Positions 1-10,434 of a stretch of DNA of 64,000 nt are shown here, in pieces; position 1 is the first letter of the stretch; every line of letters begins with the position of its first letter. The translations under genes were made by a program, and so were the position numbers. The DNA comes from Pirellulales bacterium (GTDB lineage Bacteria > Planctomycetota > Planctomycetia > Pirellulales > PALSA-1355). The stretch is taken from the NCBI GenBank assembly GCA_963733035.1, contig CAVTBU010000005.1, forward strand, positions 1,536,001-1,600,000. The letters are read 5' to 3'. The notes beneath the pieces were generated by a model. That model was not told the DNA's origin. It did not search any database and saw nothing but the letters and a program-made list of their open reading frames with translations.

Positions 1-1409
1 CCACGATCGCGAACGCGTTCGTGTATTTGGTCTTCAATTGGATCGTGTTGCCATAAATAGTGGATGGCGAGCCGATGCCCCCAGTGGCAAAACCGGCGTG
101 CGGTCCGTTGTTGATCGTGTTGTTGTGGAAAGTACCGACCAATCCTTTCACTACCGCGCCATCGAAATTGTCTCGCGATGTGATGGTTTCCACATTGCTG
201 GTGAGCGAACTGTTGCCGATCACTACCGGCTGATTGAAAGTGTCCTTGCCCGCTATCGCAGAAGAGTTGGCGCCGTTGATGGTGATGTTCAAATTGTCAA
301 TCGCGACACCAGGCTCACTGTAAATGAATACGCCGTGCGCCGACGTCGCTCCGTCTGCTGCTTGGACAAGCGTCCCATTTCTGACAACGGCGTTCGTAGC
401 AGGCCCGTATTGCTTGACGTCGGGAGTCTCACCCGGATTCCAGTTCTTGGGGGAAACGACAACACCGTAGGTCTTGGTTCGCTGGATCTTTAGGTCGTCA
501 ATGTAGAACGGCTTGGCAATCGCGGGATCCAGCGCCGCGCCACCTTCGATCCCCACCTGCACGTAGCAGGTTTCCGGGGTCGCGCCGGTAGTAAATGTCC
601 CCTCCTGAAGCTGAATACCTCGCCAGTTCGTCCCATTCCAACTCACTTCCTGCGTGGTGCCCCCGTTGCCAACAAGTCTCACGTAGCCATTCACGCCAGG
701 ATTTGCCGTATCACCCTGCCCGCCGTACTCGAACATCGCCGATAGGCTATAGGTCGTGTTGGCCTCCAGCGTAATGGTTGAAGTCGAGGTGATGTGCTGA
801 TCGCCGTTGGGCAGTGCAAACTTCAGCGAGTAGTTGCCGTCATAGATCTCGTTGTGCAGCCAGACACCCTGAAAGCGCAATGCGCCGGGCGCGGCGCGTA
901 AAGTCCCAACCACTTGCCACCACACCGGCACCAGCTTCGAAACTGCCATTGGGTATGGTGATTGGGGTGGCATCGTCATAAGTAATCTTGTGCCCATTGA
1001 GGTCGAAGACAACATCCTTCGCGATAATCGCAAATGCCGTTCCGTCCGTGGTGACATCCGTTTGCAGCACATAGGTTGCTCCTGGCTGGTCCAGGTAGTA
1101 GGGCCCCGCTCCCCGGGCGTCCAACCAAGCTTGATCGATATCAATGATGCTTGTCGCAGCAACAACTGCAACTTGGTCCGATCCCGCATGGACAACCGGA
1201 GCCCCTTGGGAGTCAAGCGGTGCGGGGTCGCCTGACAAGAATTCCGGAGGCGGCAACTGAGATTGCTCGGCGGATGAAGTTGCGGCTTCGAGTGGCATCG
1301 TTGACAATAGATGCCTAGACTCAAGATGTTCCAATCGCAAGTTGGACGCTCTGAAGGCAGAACGTTTTGTCCTCTTGCCGCTCCAGATGCGAAACTGCTT
1401 CCTTGGCAA
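1..1409 (-). CDS. Large secreted protein (planctomycete-type export motif, CBM-like segment, probable beta-helix repeats); frameshifted near 895; runs off the window end
   Basis: TTG at 1409 after GGAGAA. The N-terminus PRKQFRIWSGKRTKRSAFRASNLRLEHLESRHLLS matches the planctomycete extracellular-protein motif. Removing one base near 895 gives an open frame to position 1 (AAPGALRFQGVWLHNEIYDGNYSLKF...IYGNTIQLKTKYTNAFAIV). Confidence 0.7.
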
Positions 1410-1682
1410 GGCAGGTTCTCCGACATCCTCGGGAGGCCTAAGTTCAACATCGGCTAAAGATGTGTCGCTTGCAGCAGTACGAAGACAAGAGGCAGACGGG
1501 CAGACTGGGATTAGAACGTATGCCAGGAAACAGAGCCGCAATGCGACGAACTTCTCAAACCCTAAACATAGCATGTTTTTTCACTCTGTGGGTTCTTCAT
1601 CGTCTGCCTTTGCTCCCCCATTGACTTCAATTCCGCCCAGTTTGCCCGATCGTCATGGCAGGCTCAGTCCGCTTTACTTCAC

Positions 1683-2112
1683 GGAGTCGAGTGACGCCGA
1701 GCTAAACGCGTTTCGCACAAACGGACTTCGTCGTGGCGGCCATAGATGTCGATCGTGAGATCGTGACGCGTCGAGCCCGCCCTGCCAGCATCGCCTCGGG
1801 CGTCGGCAGCAACGCGCCTCGTTTGCGTGGCCGACCAGGTGCACCTGGCTTTCGCTGGGGCGGAGCGTCATACAGCCGCGCGTTCAGCAGCAAGCGACTG
1901 GTCAGATCGCAGTTCTGCGGCAGTTCGCCGAGCACGCTCTGTCCGCCATAGGCACTATCGGCCAGCACGTGAAAACGGCGGTTTGCACGGTGTCCGCACA
2001 CTATCCACAGCATCTCCACGGCCAACTCAGGACGTGTGCGATATTTCCGCCGATCGCGCTGGGCCGACTTCTTGTTCAAGTACAAACGGAACAAGATCGG
2101 CAGGCAGAACGC
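1683..2112 (-). mobile_element. Internal fragment of an IS701-like DDE transposase (pseudogene)
   Basis: Translates to CLPILFRLYLNKK...FHVLADSAYGG...GRPRKRG. About 160 bp are nearly identical to the start of the fragment at 4479-5133, in inverted orientation. Confidence 0.8.
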
Positions 2113-2254
2113 CAGTCCTTTCGTGCTGGTACGGGTTCGTTCTCACAAACAAACTTCTACCAGTTCCAGGATTGCCCTTTCAATTTGTGCGCACAATCCA
2201 GGACGTTATCTGCAAAGGTCTGGCGTGTCCTTTCCTTGCTTCGGTATCCCGGAG

Positions 2255-3273
2255 CTATATCCAGTCGGAATCGGCGTGGGTCAGGAAGTACTCTGACGGC
2301 TGCAGTTTCCTGGCTCGCTCAGAAAGAGGCAGGATGATAACGTTCGCCGTATTCGGGAGTTCTCGAAATCCCGCGTGACGGAGTGCCGGTACGGTATAGT
2401 TAGTGGCCGGACATTGAATCTGGATTGACTCGAAACCGGCCGCCCGGGACTGGCGGGCCAGCGTTTGAATGGCGCCCGTGATAATTCCGGCATCGTTCGG
2501 AACGAGCATATCTACGAGTTCTCGATCTCTTCCCTGATTCCGGACCACGATATAACCGACATGGGCTTCCTGTCGGATGACAACCAACAACTCATACTGC
2601 TGCGTCGCGCCTGCAGAAACCGCCAGTGAATAAAGTCATGATCTCGAACCAGGGCAACCGACTGCGGAATGTCAACGTCGCTGATACTGGTTGTTACCTG
2701 ATGGGGCACGGCGTCCGAATGGCCGACCAGAGAACAGGCGGTGCCGGTCTTCCGAAACCGTCGGTTGGCAGCCACAATCGGAGCCGCGGTGGGCCCAAGC
2801 ACACCCTGCAGGAGACGGTTAGACGTCACTCGCCGTCCCAGATAGGCGCCCGTCAGAGGAAGTACAAAAGTCGACATCGCAGTCAGAATCTGGAAGCCGG
2901 CATTTAGTAACGACCCAAGAGATTGACTGTTGGGGAAGCCAAGAACGTATTCGAAACGCGATTCCAGGTCCCCTAAGACCACCTTGAGAAGACTATTGAA
3001 TATCCTGCGTCCCCGGTGCTCCTTAAGCACCATGCCATCAATCAACTGGGCCACCCGGCAAAGAGAGTTGTCCACACGTACCTGTTGGGGAATGACCTGA
3101 ACACAACCGACAATCGAGTCCTCGCTGATCGCACAATACGAAAGAGCCGGTCCCGACGGATTCTGGGTGCAAAGCCAGTCGAACTTTTCCGAATTACGAT
3201 CGGGGTGTACAACGCGGTATAGTTTCTGGATCCGCGTGATATCAGAGACTCTCTCAAATTTGAGGTCTGACAT
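2255..3273 (-). CDS. GNAT-family N-acyltransferase (frameshift near 2607)
   Basis: ATG at 3273 (MSDLKFER). Motifs DGMVLKEHRGRRIF and GFPNSQS..LLNAGF. One missing base in GCGC[C]GACG joins ORF 2512-3504 to ORF 2255-2590. Confidence 0.75.
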
Positions 3274-3289
3274 CGTGTTCCTACCTGTT

Positions 3290-4294
3290 CTATTCCTTGA
3301 TTCCCGACACGAACAATTTGAACTTGGCAAAGAACATGTCTGATCCGACTCCGAGGCGGGGCAGTTCGTACAGGTCAGCCGTGGGGAAAACAAGTTGTTC
3401 CGTGGTCGTGACGGCACTGTCAAAGGCTTCGCGTACCACCCCCAATACGGACTCATTGTAGTCATCCGGAGTGCCGTTCGGATAGGCAAAGTGGTCGATG
3501 GCATGACCGACTTTCCCCTCGATCAGCCTTTTCGAGTCAAGGATCTCTCTCCGCATGGCTGAGCCGCAAGTCTGTGAAAGAATCACGTGACTGACCGTAT
3601 GTGCGCCAAAATCTATCAGTCCCTTCTTGTCGATTGCCTGAATGTCCAACCAACTCATACCCCGAAACATCTCCCGATGCCGGTCGAGAATGACGGTATC
3701 CGCACGAGCAACCAATGCCTGGATGCACTCCAACCGACGTTCGGTCGGCAAGGCCTTGAGCTTCTGGCACACCAGCGCTTTGGCCCGGTGGCGAGACGCC
3801 TCGGAGGATAAATCCAATGACGCCAAAGAGAGATCCATGAGATCCAGACGCTCTTTTCTGGTCGCCAGTAGAATGGCGTGGACATAATCCGGCCAGATTA
3901 GTCCCTGAAACTCATTCTGCCCGTCGATAAATGACGTTGTCAGGTAGACCGTCGCCGGTATCTCGAATTCTTCCAGTATGGGGAGTGCCAGGGTTGCGAA
4001 ATTCTTGAAACCGTCATCGAACGTCACAGCCGTAGCCGCCGAAGGCAAATGGCCGGACGTCAGCCCGGACACCAGTTCAGGCATCGAGAGTACGGTCGTG
4101 GCCGACTTCAAGTAGGCCATCTGCTGGCGGAACATATCTACGTGAACCTGAGTCCAGGCTATGGGACATTGATCGACAATGCTGTGGTACATAAGCACTG
4201 CGGCCTTCCCCCGGTGATACCGGCGAAGAAGCGACGGGGTGCCAAGCGCGGCAAGAGCTCCATATGCGACTTTCTGCAGGTGGCTGCTACTCAT
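3290..4294 (-). CDS. Polysaccharide deacetylase (CE4/NodB family)
   Basis: Motifs VLMYH, VTFDDG, GAHTVSH and FAYPNG. Confidence 0.9.
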   Translation of the reverse strand: MSSSHLQKVAYGALAALGTPSLLRRYHRGKAAVLMYHSIVDQCPIAWTQVHVDMFRQQMAYLKSATTVLSMPELVSGLTSGHLPSAATAVTFDDGFKNFATLALPILEEFEIPATVYLTTSFIDGQNEFQGLIWPDYVHAILLATRKERLDLMDLSLASLDLSSEASRHRAKALVCQKLKALPTERRLECIQALVARADTVILDRHREMFRGMSWLDIQAIDKKGLIDFGAHTVSHVILSQTCGSAMRREILDSKRLIEGKVGHAIDHFAYPNGTPDDYNESVLGVVREAFDSAVTTTEQLVFPTADLYELPRLGVGSDMFFAKFKLFVSGIKE

Positions 4295-4478
4295 CCTTCT
4301 CGCCTTTGACAGACACTGCAATCAAGGATACTTGATTTTGGAAATGTCGCAGCGCAAAGGGGATCTGCTCGTCCGTACAATGCTTCCTGCCCATGGTCCC
4401 AAATCCTCCTCGTCAAAATGCCAGGTTCCAACAACTCTAACATTCCTCGCGGATCAGGAAATGGGGTGAAGGTCAGCC

Positions 4479-5133
4479 GCTGTATGACGCTCCGCCCCAG
4501 CGAAAGCTAAGTGCACCTGGCCGGCCACGCAAACGAGGCGCGTTGCTGCCGACGCCCGAGGCGATGCTGGCAGGGCGGGCTCGACGCGTCACGATCGACA
4601 TCTATGGCCGCCACGACGAAGTCCGTTTGTGCGATTGCCAAGCCCGCGTGCACTCGACTCCCGCGCGGCCCTTGCGTGTGGTGGCCGTCGAGCCGTTGTT
4701 GGGCGGACGAACACGCCAGGCACTCTACTCGACGTGCTGGCAGGCGGATGCCGAGCAAGTGCTGTCTTGGTACGCGATGCGCTGGAGCCTGGAAGTCAGC
4801 TTCCACGATAGCAAGCAGTCGCTGGGTTTCGAGGAACCCCAGGGCTGGACGCGCCGCGCGGTCGAGCGAACGGCGCCGATGGCGATGCTGTTGTATAGCC
4901 TGGTCGTGTTGTGGTTCGCCGAGGAAGGTCATCGCCGGTACCGTGCGTTCAAACGTCCCTGGTATACGACCAAAGTCCACGCTTCCTTCGCTGACATGCT
5001 CGCCACGCTCCGTCGCGAAACGATCCGCGAAAGGGTTTTGTCACTCCCGCTCACCGGCCCAGGAAGTCGAAAAATCACCCAAGCCCTGGACAACATCGCG
5101 GCACTAGCCGCCTAAAACTGCGAAACTCGAACT
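4479..5133 (+). mobile_element. 3' half of an IS701-like transposase with probable element end
   Basis: YAMRWSLEVSFHDSKQSLG (DDE Glu region) and PWYTTKVHASFADML. Stop at 5115 is followed by AACTGCGAAACTCGAACT. The 5' part is missing. Confidence 0.8.
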
Positions 5134-7056
5134 TACAGGAGAGGTCGGGACAAACCCAATCTTGTTATGTGTGAATCCGTTCGAGCCAGCCTGGAACATA
5201 AGCATGGAAAAGATTTGCTTGTCATTTAGAGTACGTCGTTGATAGTGGTTCTGAAGGACACATTGTACCTTCCTCGGATTAAGCACCTGATATCGTTCCA
5301 CGCTGTCGGGCGACAAAGTTGCGTCGACATATGGTCGAAGATCGCCGCGCAGCCAAATGGCCATCGGCGATGCGAACCCCTGCTTGCGATGATTCATTAC
5401 TGAGGCCGGGAGGTAGTCACGGGCGACACGACGTAGCAAGTATTTCTTCTGACCCCAACGGAGTTTCATTGACGTAGGTATCCGCGCGCAAAACTCAACG
5501 AGTTTGTGATCCAGGAACGGGACTCTAAGCTCAAGTGAGTGCCGCATGCCGACGCGATCGGTAAGAGCCAAAAGATCGTCCGGTAAGTACATCTTGATGT
5601 CCTGGTACAGTGCGCGGTCAAGCAAGTCACCTGTGTCAACCTGTTCAAAATATCGCGTACCCATCATGTCGACGGCGTCGAAATCGATCTCGCGCGCCAC
5701 GGTCGGCACGTACAGGGCTCGCCGCCTTTGGCGGTTCGCAATCATTTGATAGCTCTGCCATCTTGCGGCTGCGGAAAGTCCGGCGCCGTCAACGAATCGC
5801 TTCAGGTGATTAATGCGATTCTCTCCGTTACGTGGCTCTCGGAGTCCGTGCACGACTGGCGCTAGGATTCGGTCACGCACAAATCGGGGAATACGATCAT
5901 ATTGCGAGCTGAGAGCGAAACCGCGAAAGCGTTCATACCCGCCAAAGCTCTCATCTCCACCGAGACCAGTAAGAGCCACGGTGACATCTTTTGAAGCTGC
6001 TTGACAAATGGAATGCGTGGGTATCAATGAATCGTCAGCAAAGGGCTGATCGAAAGCGAATAGAGCTGCATCGATTGCTTCCTCGGGCGTTGGCATTACC
6101 GAGAATTCGCGGTGATTTGTTTGGTAACGCGCGCTGACCTCGCGAGCAAACGGCCGCTCATCGAGAAAGCTGCCGGTATCCCCCCCGAAACCGATAGTAA
6201 AGGTACGCGTCGACTCTCCGCCATTTTGGTTCATCATGGCAACAACTAGACTTGAGTCGATCCCGCCGCTCAAAAACGCCCCCAAGGGAACTTCGCTCAT
6301 CAGTCGCATTTTTACCGAATCTCGGAAGAGCGACACGAATTCCTGTGCAATGTCGTCCGGTCGCCCTGACAGCTTTGGCGTCATGGCTAGATCCCAATAT
6401 TGTTCCAAAGTGACGCCGCGTCGTTCCGCGATTAAAAAATGTCCAGGAAGCAATTGCCGAATCGACTTATAAGCTGTAAAAGGCGCTGGGATATAGCCGT
6501 AGGCAAAGTAAGCATCAATTGCCGTCCAATCCATATTTCGCGAGATCATTGGCCGAGACAACATGGTCTTGATTTCGGACCCAAATAGCAAAGAATCGTG
6601 GCCGAGCGCGTAATAGAGCGGCTTGATTCCAAGTCGATCTCGTGCGATGAACAGTTGATTCTTTCGCGAATCCCAAATAGCGAAAGCAAACATCCCCCGC
6701 AGGTGGCGTAGGCAGTTCTGCCCCTCCTCTTCGTACAGGTGAACTATGACTTCAGTATCCGTCGTAGTTGTGAACCGATGGCCGCGTTGCTTTAATTCAG
6801 ATCGAAGAGCGACGTGGTTGAACACTTCGCCGTTGAATACGATCCACAGCGTCCCATCTTCATTGCTGATGGGCTGATGCCCACCGCCTACGTCGATGAT
6901 CGATAGTCGACGTACACCCAACCCAACGCTGCCTGCCGTCCAATACCCCGCGTCGTTAGGCCCACGGTGGACAATTGCGTCGCACATCGACTTAACAGCA
7001 TCTACCTCCACGACTCGTCCAGGGTCGAAATAGAATATTCCGGCGATTCCGCACAC
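5104..7056 (-). CDS. asnB: Asparagine synthase (glutamine-hydrolysing)-like amidotransferase, EPS-associated
   Basis: N-terminal CGIAG, RRLSIID, FNGE, RDRLGIKPLY, LSGGIDSS and LTGLGGDE. A frameshift near 5190 would give the family-typical end WLERIHT with a stop at 5165. Confidence 0.93.
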   Translation of the reverse strand: MCGIAGIFYFDPGRVVEVDAVKSMCDAIVHRGPNDAGYWTAGSVGLGVRRLSIIDVGGGHQPISNEDGTLWIVFNGEVFNHVALRSELKQRGHRFTTTTDTEVIVHLYEEEGQNCLRHLRGMFAFAIWDSRKNQLFIARDRLGIKPLYYALGHDSLLFGSEIKTMLSRPMISRNMDWTAIDAYFAYGYIPAPFTAYKSIRQLLPGHFLIAERRGVTLEQYWDLAMTPKLSGRPDDIAQEFVSLFRDSVKMRLMSEVPLGAFLSGGIDSSLVVAMMNQNGGESTRTFTIGFGGDTGSFLDERPFAREVSARYQTNHREFSVMPTPEEAIDAALFAFDQPFADDSLIPTHSICQAASKDVTVALTGLGGDESFGGYERFRGFALSSQYDRIPRFVRDRILAPVVHGLREPRNGENRINHLKRFVDGAGLSAAARWQSYQMIANRQRRRALYVPTVAREIDFDAVDMMGTRYFEQVDTGDLLDRALYQDIKMYLPDDLLALTDRVGMRHSLELRVPFLDHKLVEFCARIPTSMKLRWGQKKYLLRRVARDYLPASVMNHRKQGFASPMAIWLRGDLRPYVDATLSPDSVERYQVLNPRKVQCVLQNHYQRRTLNDKQIFSMLMFQAGSNGFTHNKIGFVPTSPVSSSFAVLGG

Positions 7057-7059
7057 GAA

Positions 7060-8220
7060 TTAAGCTCCCTTTCTGGGGGTCCAGGTAACCTGTCGCTCGC
7101 CGCGCAGAAACTTGAATAGCGCCACCGCGGCGGCCGCGTTGATCAGGCTGAAATATAGAGGAACAAGCATCCAGCGAGAGTTAATCCGTCCTCGATAGGC
7201 GAAACCGAAGCCGGCGGCGCCATAAAACAGAAGCTGAGCACAAAGGGCTGCGAAGTAAAACGGTCGACCTAGGAGAAAGACGCTGCTGACAACGAGTACC
7301 GTCAGCGGAACAAAAGATAGGTAGCGCAGCCATTTGTGAACGAAAAGTTGAAATGCGTACAAACCGTACCTCGGTGACAGAAGCTGCCGAAATTCCCACA
7401 GTGTGTGCAAGGAGCGAAGGCTGACCCTCACTCGCATTCGGTACTCATCCTTTGCCGCGACTAGCGCCTCTTCGCGAGCAATTGCTAAAGGACTGAATAC
7501 CACACGATATCCTTGCTCAATAACGCGTAAGGGAAGTACAAAGTCCGGTAAATGATCGGGGCGCATCGACGAATACAGGGAGCGCCGAACAATGTCGATG
7601 CCGCCGTTTACCCCAACGACGGAGCTGGCTCGCGTTTCGAGGGTCCGAACCCAGTTTTCATAACGTAGATATATACTGGTTGCGCGACCAACGCTCGGTA
7701 CGCCAGGGCTGGGATGAACCAACAGTCCTGTGGCGTAGCCGACTTTAGGATCGGCCATGGCAGCTACTAACTCGCGCACTGCGGAGCGATCATAGAGCGA
7801 GTTTGCGTCCGAGAAGACCAGAAAGTCCCCCGAAGCGACCGCCACGGCACGGTTTAGCGCACTAGTCTTACCCTGCCGTCGCTCTTGACGCACTAGCCGA
7901 ACTCTCTTTGAGTCGATCCGCCGCACCATTTCATCCGTGGCATCCGTGGAGCCATCGGACACAACGATTATCTCGAGAAGGTTTTCAGGATAGTCGAGAC
8001 CAAGCTTATTCTCGATCGTCGCGACGATCGACTGCTCCTCGTTATAGGCGGCTATGAGAATGGAAATCTTAGGCAGTGGCGGCGACACACGCACGTCGGT
8101 CGGGCCTCGCCGGTGCATGCAAAATGACAGCAGACTAAGAGGATATCCAAAATAGACATATAAGACGATAATAGCGCAAGACCAGAACGCAGTCTCGGCT
8201 AGCACACAAACTGCGGGCAT
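7060..8220 (-). CDS. GT2 membrane glycosyltransferase
   Basis: AAYNEE, SDGSTD and FSDAN motifs; N- and C-terminal hydrophobic helices. Confidence 0.9.
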   Translation of the reverse strand: MPAVCVLAETAFWSCAIIVLYVYFGYPLSLLSFCMHRRGPTDVRVSPPLPKISILIAAYNEEQSIVATIENKLGLDYPENLLEIIVVSDGSTDATDEMVRRIDSKRVRLVRQERRQGKTSALNRAVAVASGDFLVFSDANSLYDRSAVRELVAAMADPKVGYATGLLVHPSPGVPSVGRATSIYLRYENWVRTLETRASSVVGVNGGIDIVRRSLYSSMRPDHLPDFVLPLRVIEQGYRVVFSPLAIAREEALVAAKDEYRMRVRVSLRSLHTLWEFRQLLSPRYGLYAFQLFVHKWLRYLSFVPLTVLVVSSVFLLGRPFYFAALCAQLLFYGAAGFGFAYRGRINSRWMLVPLYFSLINAAAAVALFKFLRGERQVTWTPRKGA

Positions 8221-8284
8221 TATTGCACTGTACCTATTGTCGGCAGCGGGTCCCGACGACGAAGTTCTTGAATCGTCCTGCTGA

Positions 8285-8400
8285 TTTTAGTTCCCCACTG
8301 GGCGGTCATCCTGTTCCTGCGAATCGCCGCAAAAGCCATCTTGGACTTAAACGTCGCCCCAAAACTCACGCCGCTTCCGCGTTTTCGTGACACACTTCCG
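8285..8400 (-). pseudogene. Degraded IS3-family orfA remnant
   Basis: Minus strand reads RKRR then, in a shifted frame, SFGATFKSKMAFAAIRRNRMTAQW, resembling the IS3 OrfA N-terminus RR.F...FKAKVAL.A.....T..QL. Confidence 0.45.
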
Positions 8401-8620
8401 ATTCGGCCATTCCCGGACCCTCGCCTGCGTCCTAGCGACTTGTAGAGACCGGCTCCGATGGTAAATCTAAGACAGCCTTGGCGGGTGAATTAGGCGAGCT
8501 TGTATGCAGGAGGCATTTCGTAGGTCGGCTAGGCTCGTCAATCCCATCGAATCACCAAGGCCGGTTGTGAGATAGACGCTATGCGGTGAAGTGCCTTACG
8601 GTCCGACGGAACACGTGGGC

Positions 8621-10099
8621 CTAGCGAGACAGCGCCGGTAAGTACCTATGTGCCATGCGCCAACTCCACGCCAACTGCCGGCGCACCCACGCTTCCTCGT
8701 CACCATCAACCACGCCAAGCTGCCAAAGCAGAGCAGGCCAACTGATCCACAAGCCGGCCTTTAGGAGTATGCCTGCTGCTCCCGTAGCAACAAATAGCTG
8801 AGCTGCTCCATACAGCCCAACAGCGGCCGCAGTTCCAATGATCACCGCACGCCAGTCATAGGCAACGAAGAAAACTCTCTGTGTCACGACAAATGTGACG
8901 CAAGCATGAACCGTAAATGCAATCGCAAGCGACACCGCTGCTCCCACGCTACCAAATCGTGGTACAAGAATAGAAAAGGAAAGCACAGCGACTACGCAGG
9001 ACAGGGCCATGATGAACGGCTTCCATTTCGTTTGGCGCTTCGCCCAAAAGCTTCCCTCAAACAGATTCGATGTGAAGTGCAAGGTTGACGATACTGTAAT
9101 GAGCGGAATGATATATGCTGCCGCTCTGTATTCTGCCGGGGCTACCAGCGTCACTAGTTCAGCGCTGAAGAGGCATACTCCTAGCCCGATAAACACGCGA
9201 ACTGCAACCATCCGCAAAATATATCGCCCAACAGCACGAGTTGCGTCGGGCCTCCCGAACACTTCATATAGTATTGCCGTCCACACTTTGAACAGCGGCA
9301 TCGTGGCCAGCAGTGGAATAACGTCAGCCAATTTGTAACCGAGGGAATAGACGCCAAGCTCGGCAGTTCCGTCATAGCTAATCAGAAAGAAGCGATCCGC
9401 ACTGCTCAGCCCTATTCCAAGAAGTCCCGTGGGCAGTAGGGGCAGCGCAAACAGGAGAACGTTGTGCGCCGTTGTGCGACTTGGCCGTGGAAAGCCTCGC
9501 GCCACTTCTCGCATCGTCAGCGAGATACCAAATATTCCTAGGCAGATGACGGTGCCTCCCAGCACACCCCAAACTCCCAACCCGAGCACCGCCACTCCAA
9601 CGATGATTAGAGTTAGCCTCGTGATGGCCATGAGTAAATTGACCGTTACGAATCCGAAGGAGTCGACGCGAGCCTGCATGAGCGCCAGTGGCAGCGACAC
9701 GGCACCTTCGAGAAGTACAACCGCAATCCCGAGGGTCACGAGCGCCGGACTTCCAATTCCCAGCCATGATGCCAGCAAAGGCGACAACACAACGGCCGCC
9801 AGACCGCCAAAAGTCAAGAGCGACCACAGCACAACCGCCACCGCAGAAAATGCATGCTGACGCGCATCGGGCGTTTTCGCCTGACAATAGAAGCTGAACG
9901 TGGCCACCTGGATTCCTCTTCCGAGGATGAGCAACACGAGAACATCTCCGGTGCGCTGGAGGATATCCAGGGTTCCATAATCGGCCGGTGAAAGGTAGTG
10001 GGTGTAGAGCGGCAAAAGCACGGCCGATGCCACTTGCATCGCCATCGCGCCGAAGCCATAAACTAGAGCGTTCGAAAGGAAACTACGCGAGTTAGACAT
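8621..10099 (-). CDS. wzx: Wzx-like oligosaccharide flippase
   Basis: About 12-14 hydrophobic segments; LLPLYTHYLSPADYG, ADRFFL and LGVYSLGYKL motifs. Confidence 0.85.
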   Translation of the reverse strand: MSNSRSFLSNALVYGFGAMAMQVASAVLLPLYTHYLSPADYGTLDILQRTGDVLVLLILGRGIQVATFSFYCQAKTPDARQHAFSAVAVVLWSLLTFGGLAAVVLSPLLASWLGIGSPALVTLGIAVVLLEGAVSLPLALMQARVDSFGFVTVNLLMAITRLTLIIVGVAVLGLGVWGVLGGTVICLGIFGISLTMREVARGFPRPSRTTAHNVLLFALPLLPTGLLGIGLSSADRFFLISYDGTAELGVYSLGYKLADVIPLLATMPLFKVWTAILYEVFGRPDATRAVGRYILRMVAVRVFIGLGVCLFSAELVTLVAPAEYRAAAYIIPLITVSSTLHFTSNLFEGSFWAKRQTKWKPFIMALSCVVAVLSFSILVPRFGSVGAAVSLAIAFTVHACVTFVVTQRVFFVAYDWRAVIIGTAAAVGLYGAAQLFVATGAAGILLKAGLWISWPALLWQLGVVDGDEEAWVRRQLAWSWRMAHRYLPALSR

Positions 10100-10434
10100 T
10101 GTTGAGCTAAAAGAGGCCTAGGATTGTCAATTGATGCGAAACCACAACATGCGGCGAGGGCCTCGCTTTCCGTCGCCAGCCCTTCACAATGTTGACTTGT
10201 CGCGGCGACAGTAAGATCGTTTGAGTGTAGTGCCACGCATTTCTTTCATCCCAGCCTGCGCGGAACGCAAAGAGTGAGCCTCGGCGGCCGTGCTGTGCGG
10301 TGGGGAGTGTGTGCCAGCACGCTGTTGACGACACGCAGAGCAAAGTTCGCGCAGCGACGCTAAATCGCATCTTGTGTTCCGTTGCCAACAGTGCCGCCCA
10401 TCGAGACGACTCTCCCAATCGTTTCTCAGGTGAG

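Noticed and set aside
10107..10430. ORF or RNA element between the ligase gene and wzx
   Set aside because: No protein motif or convincing structure.
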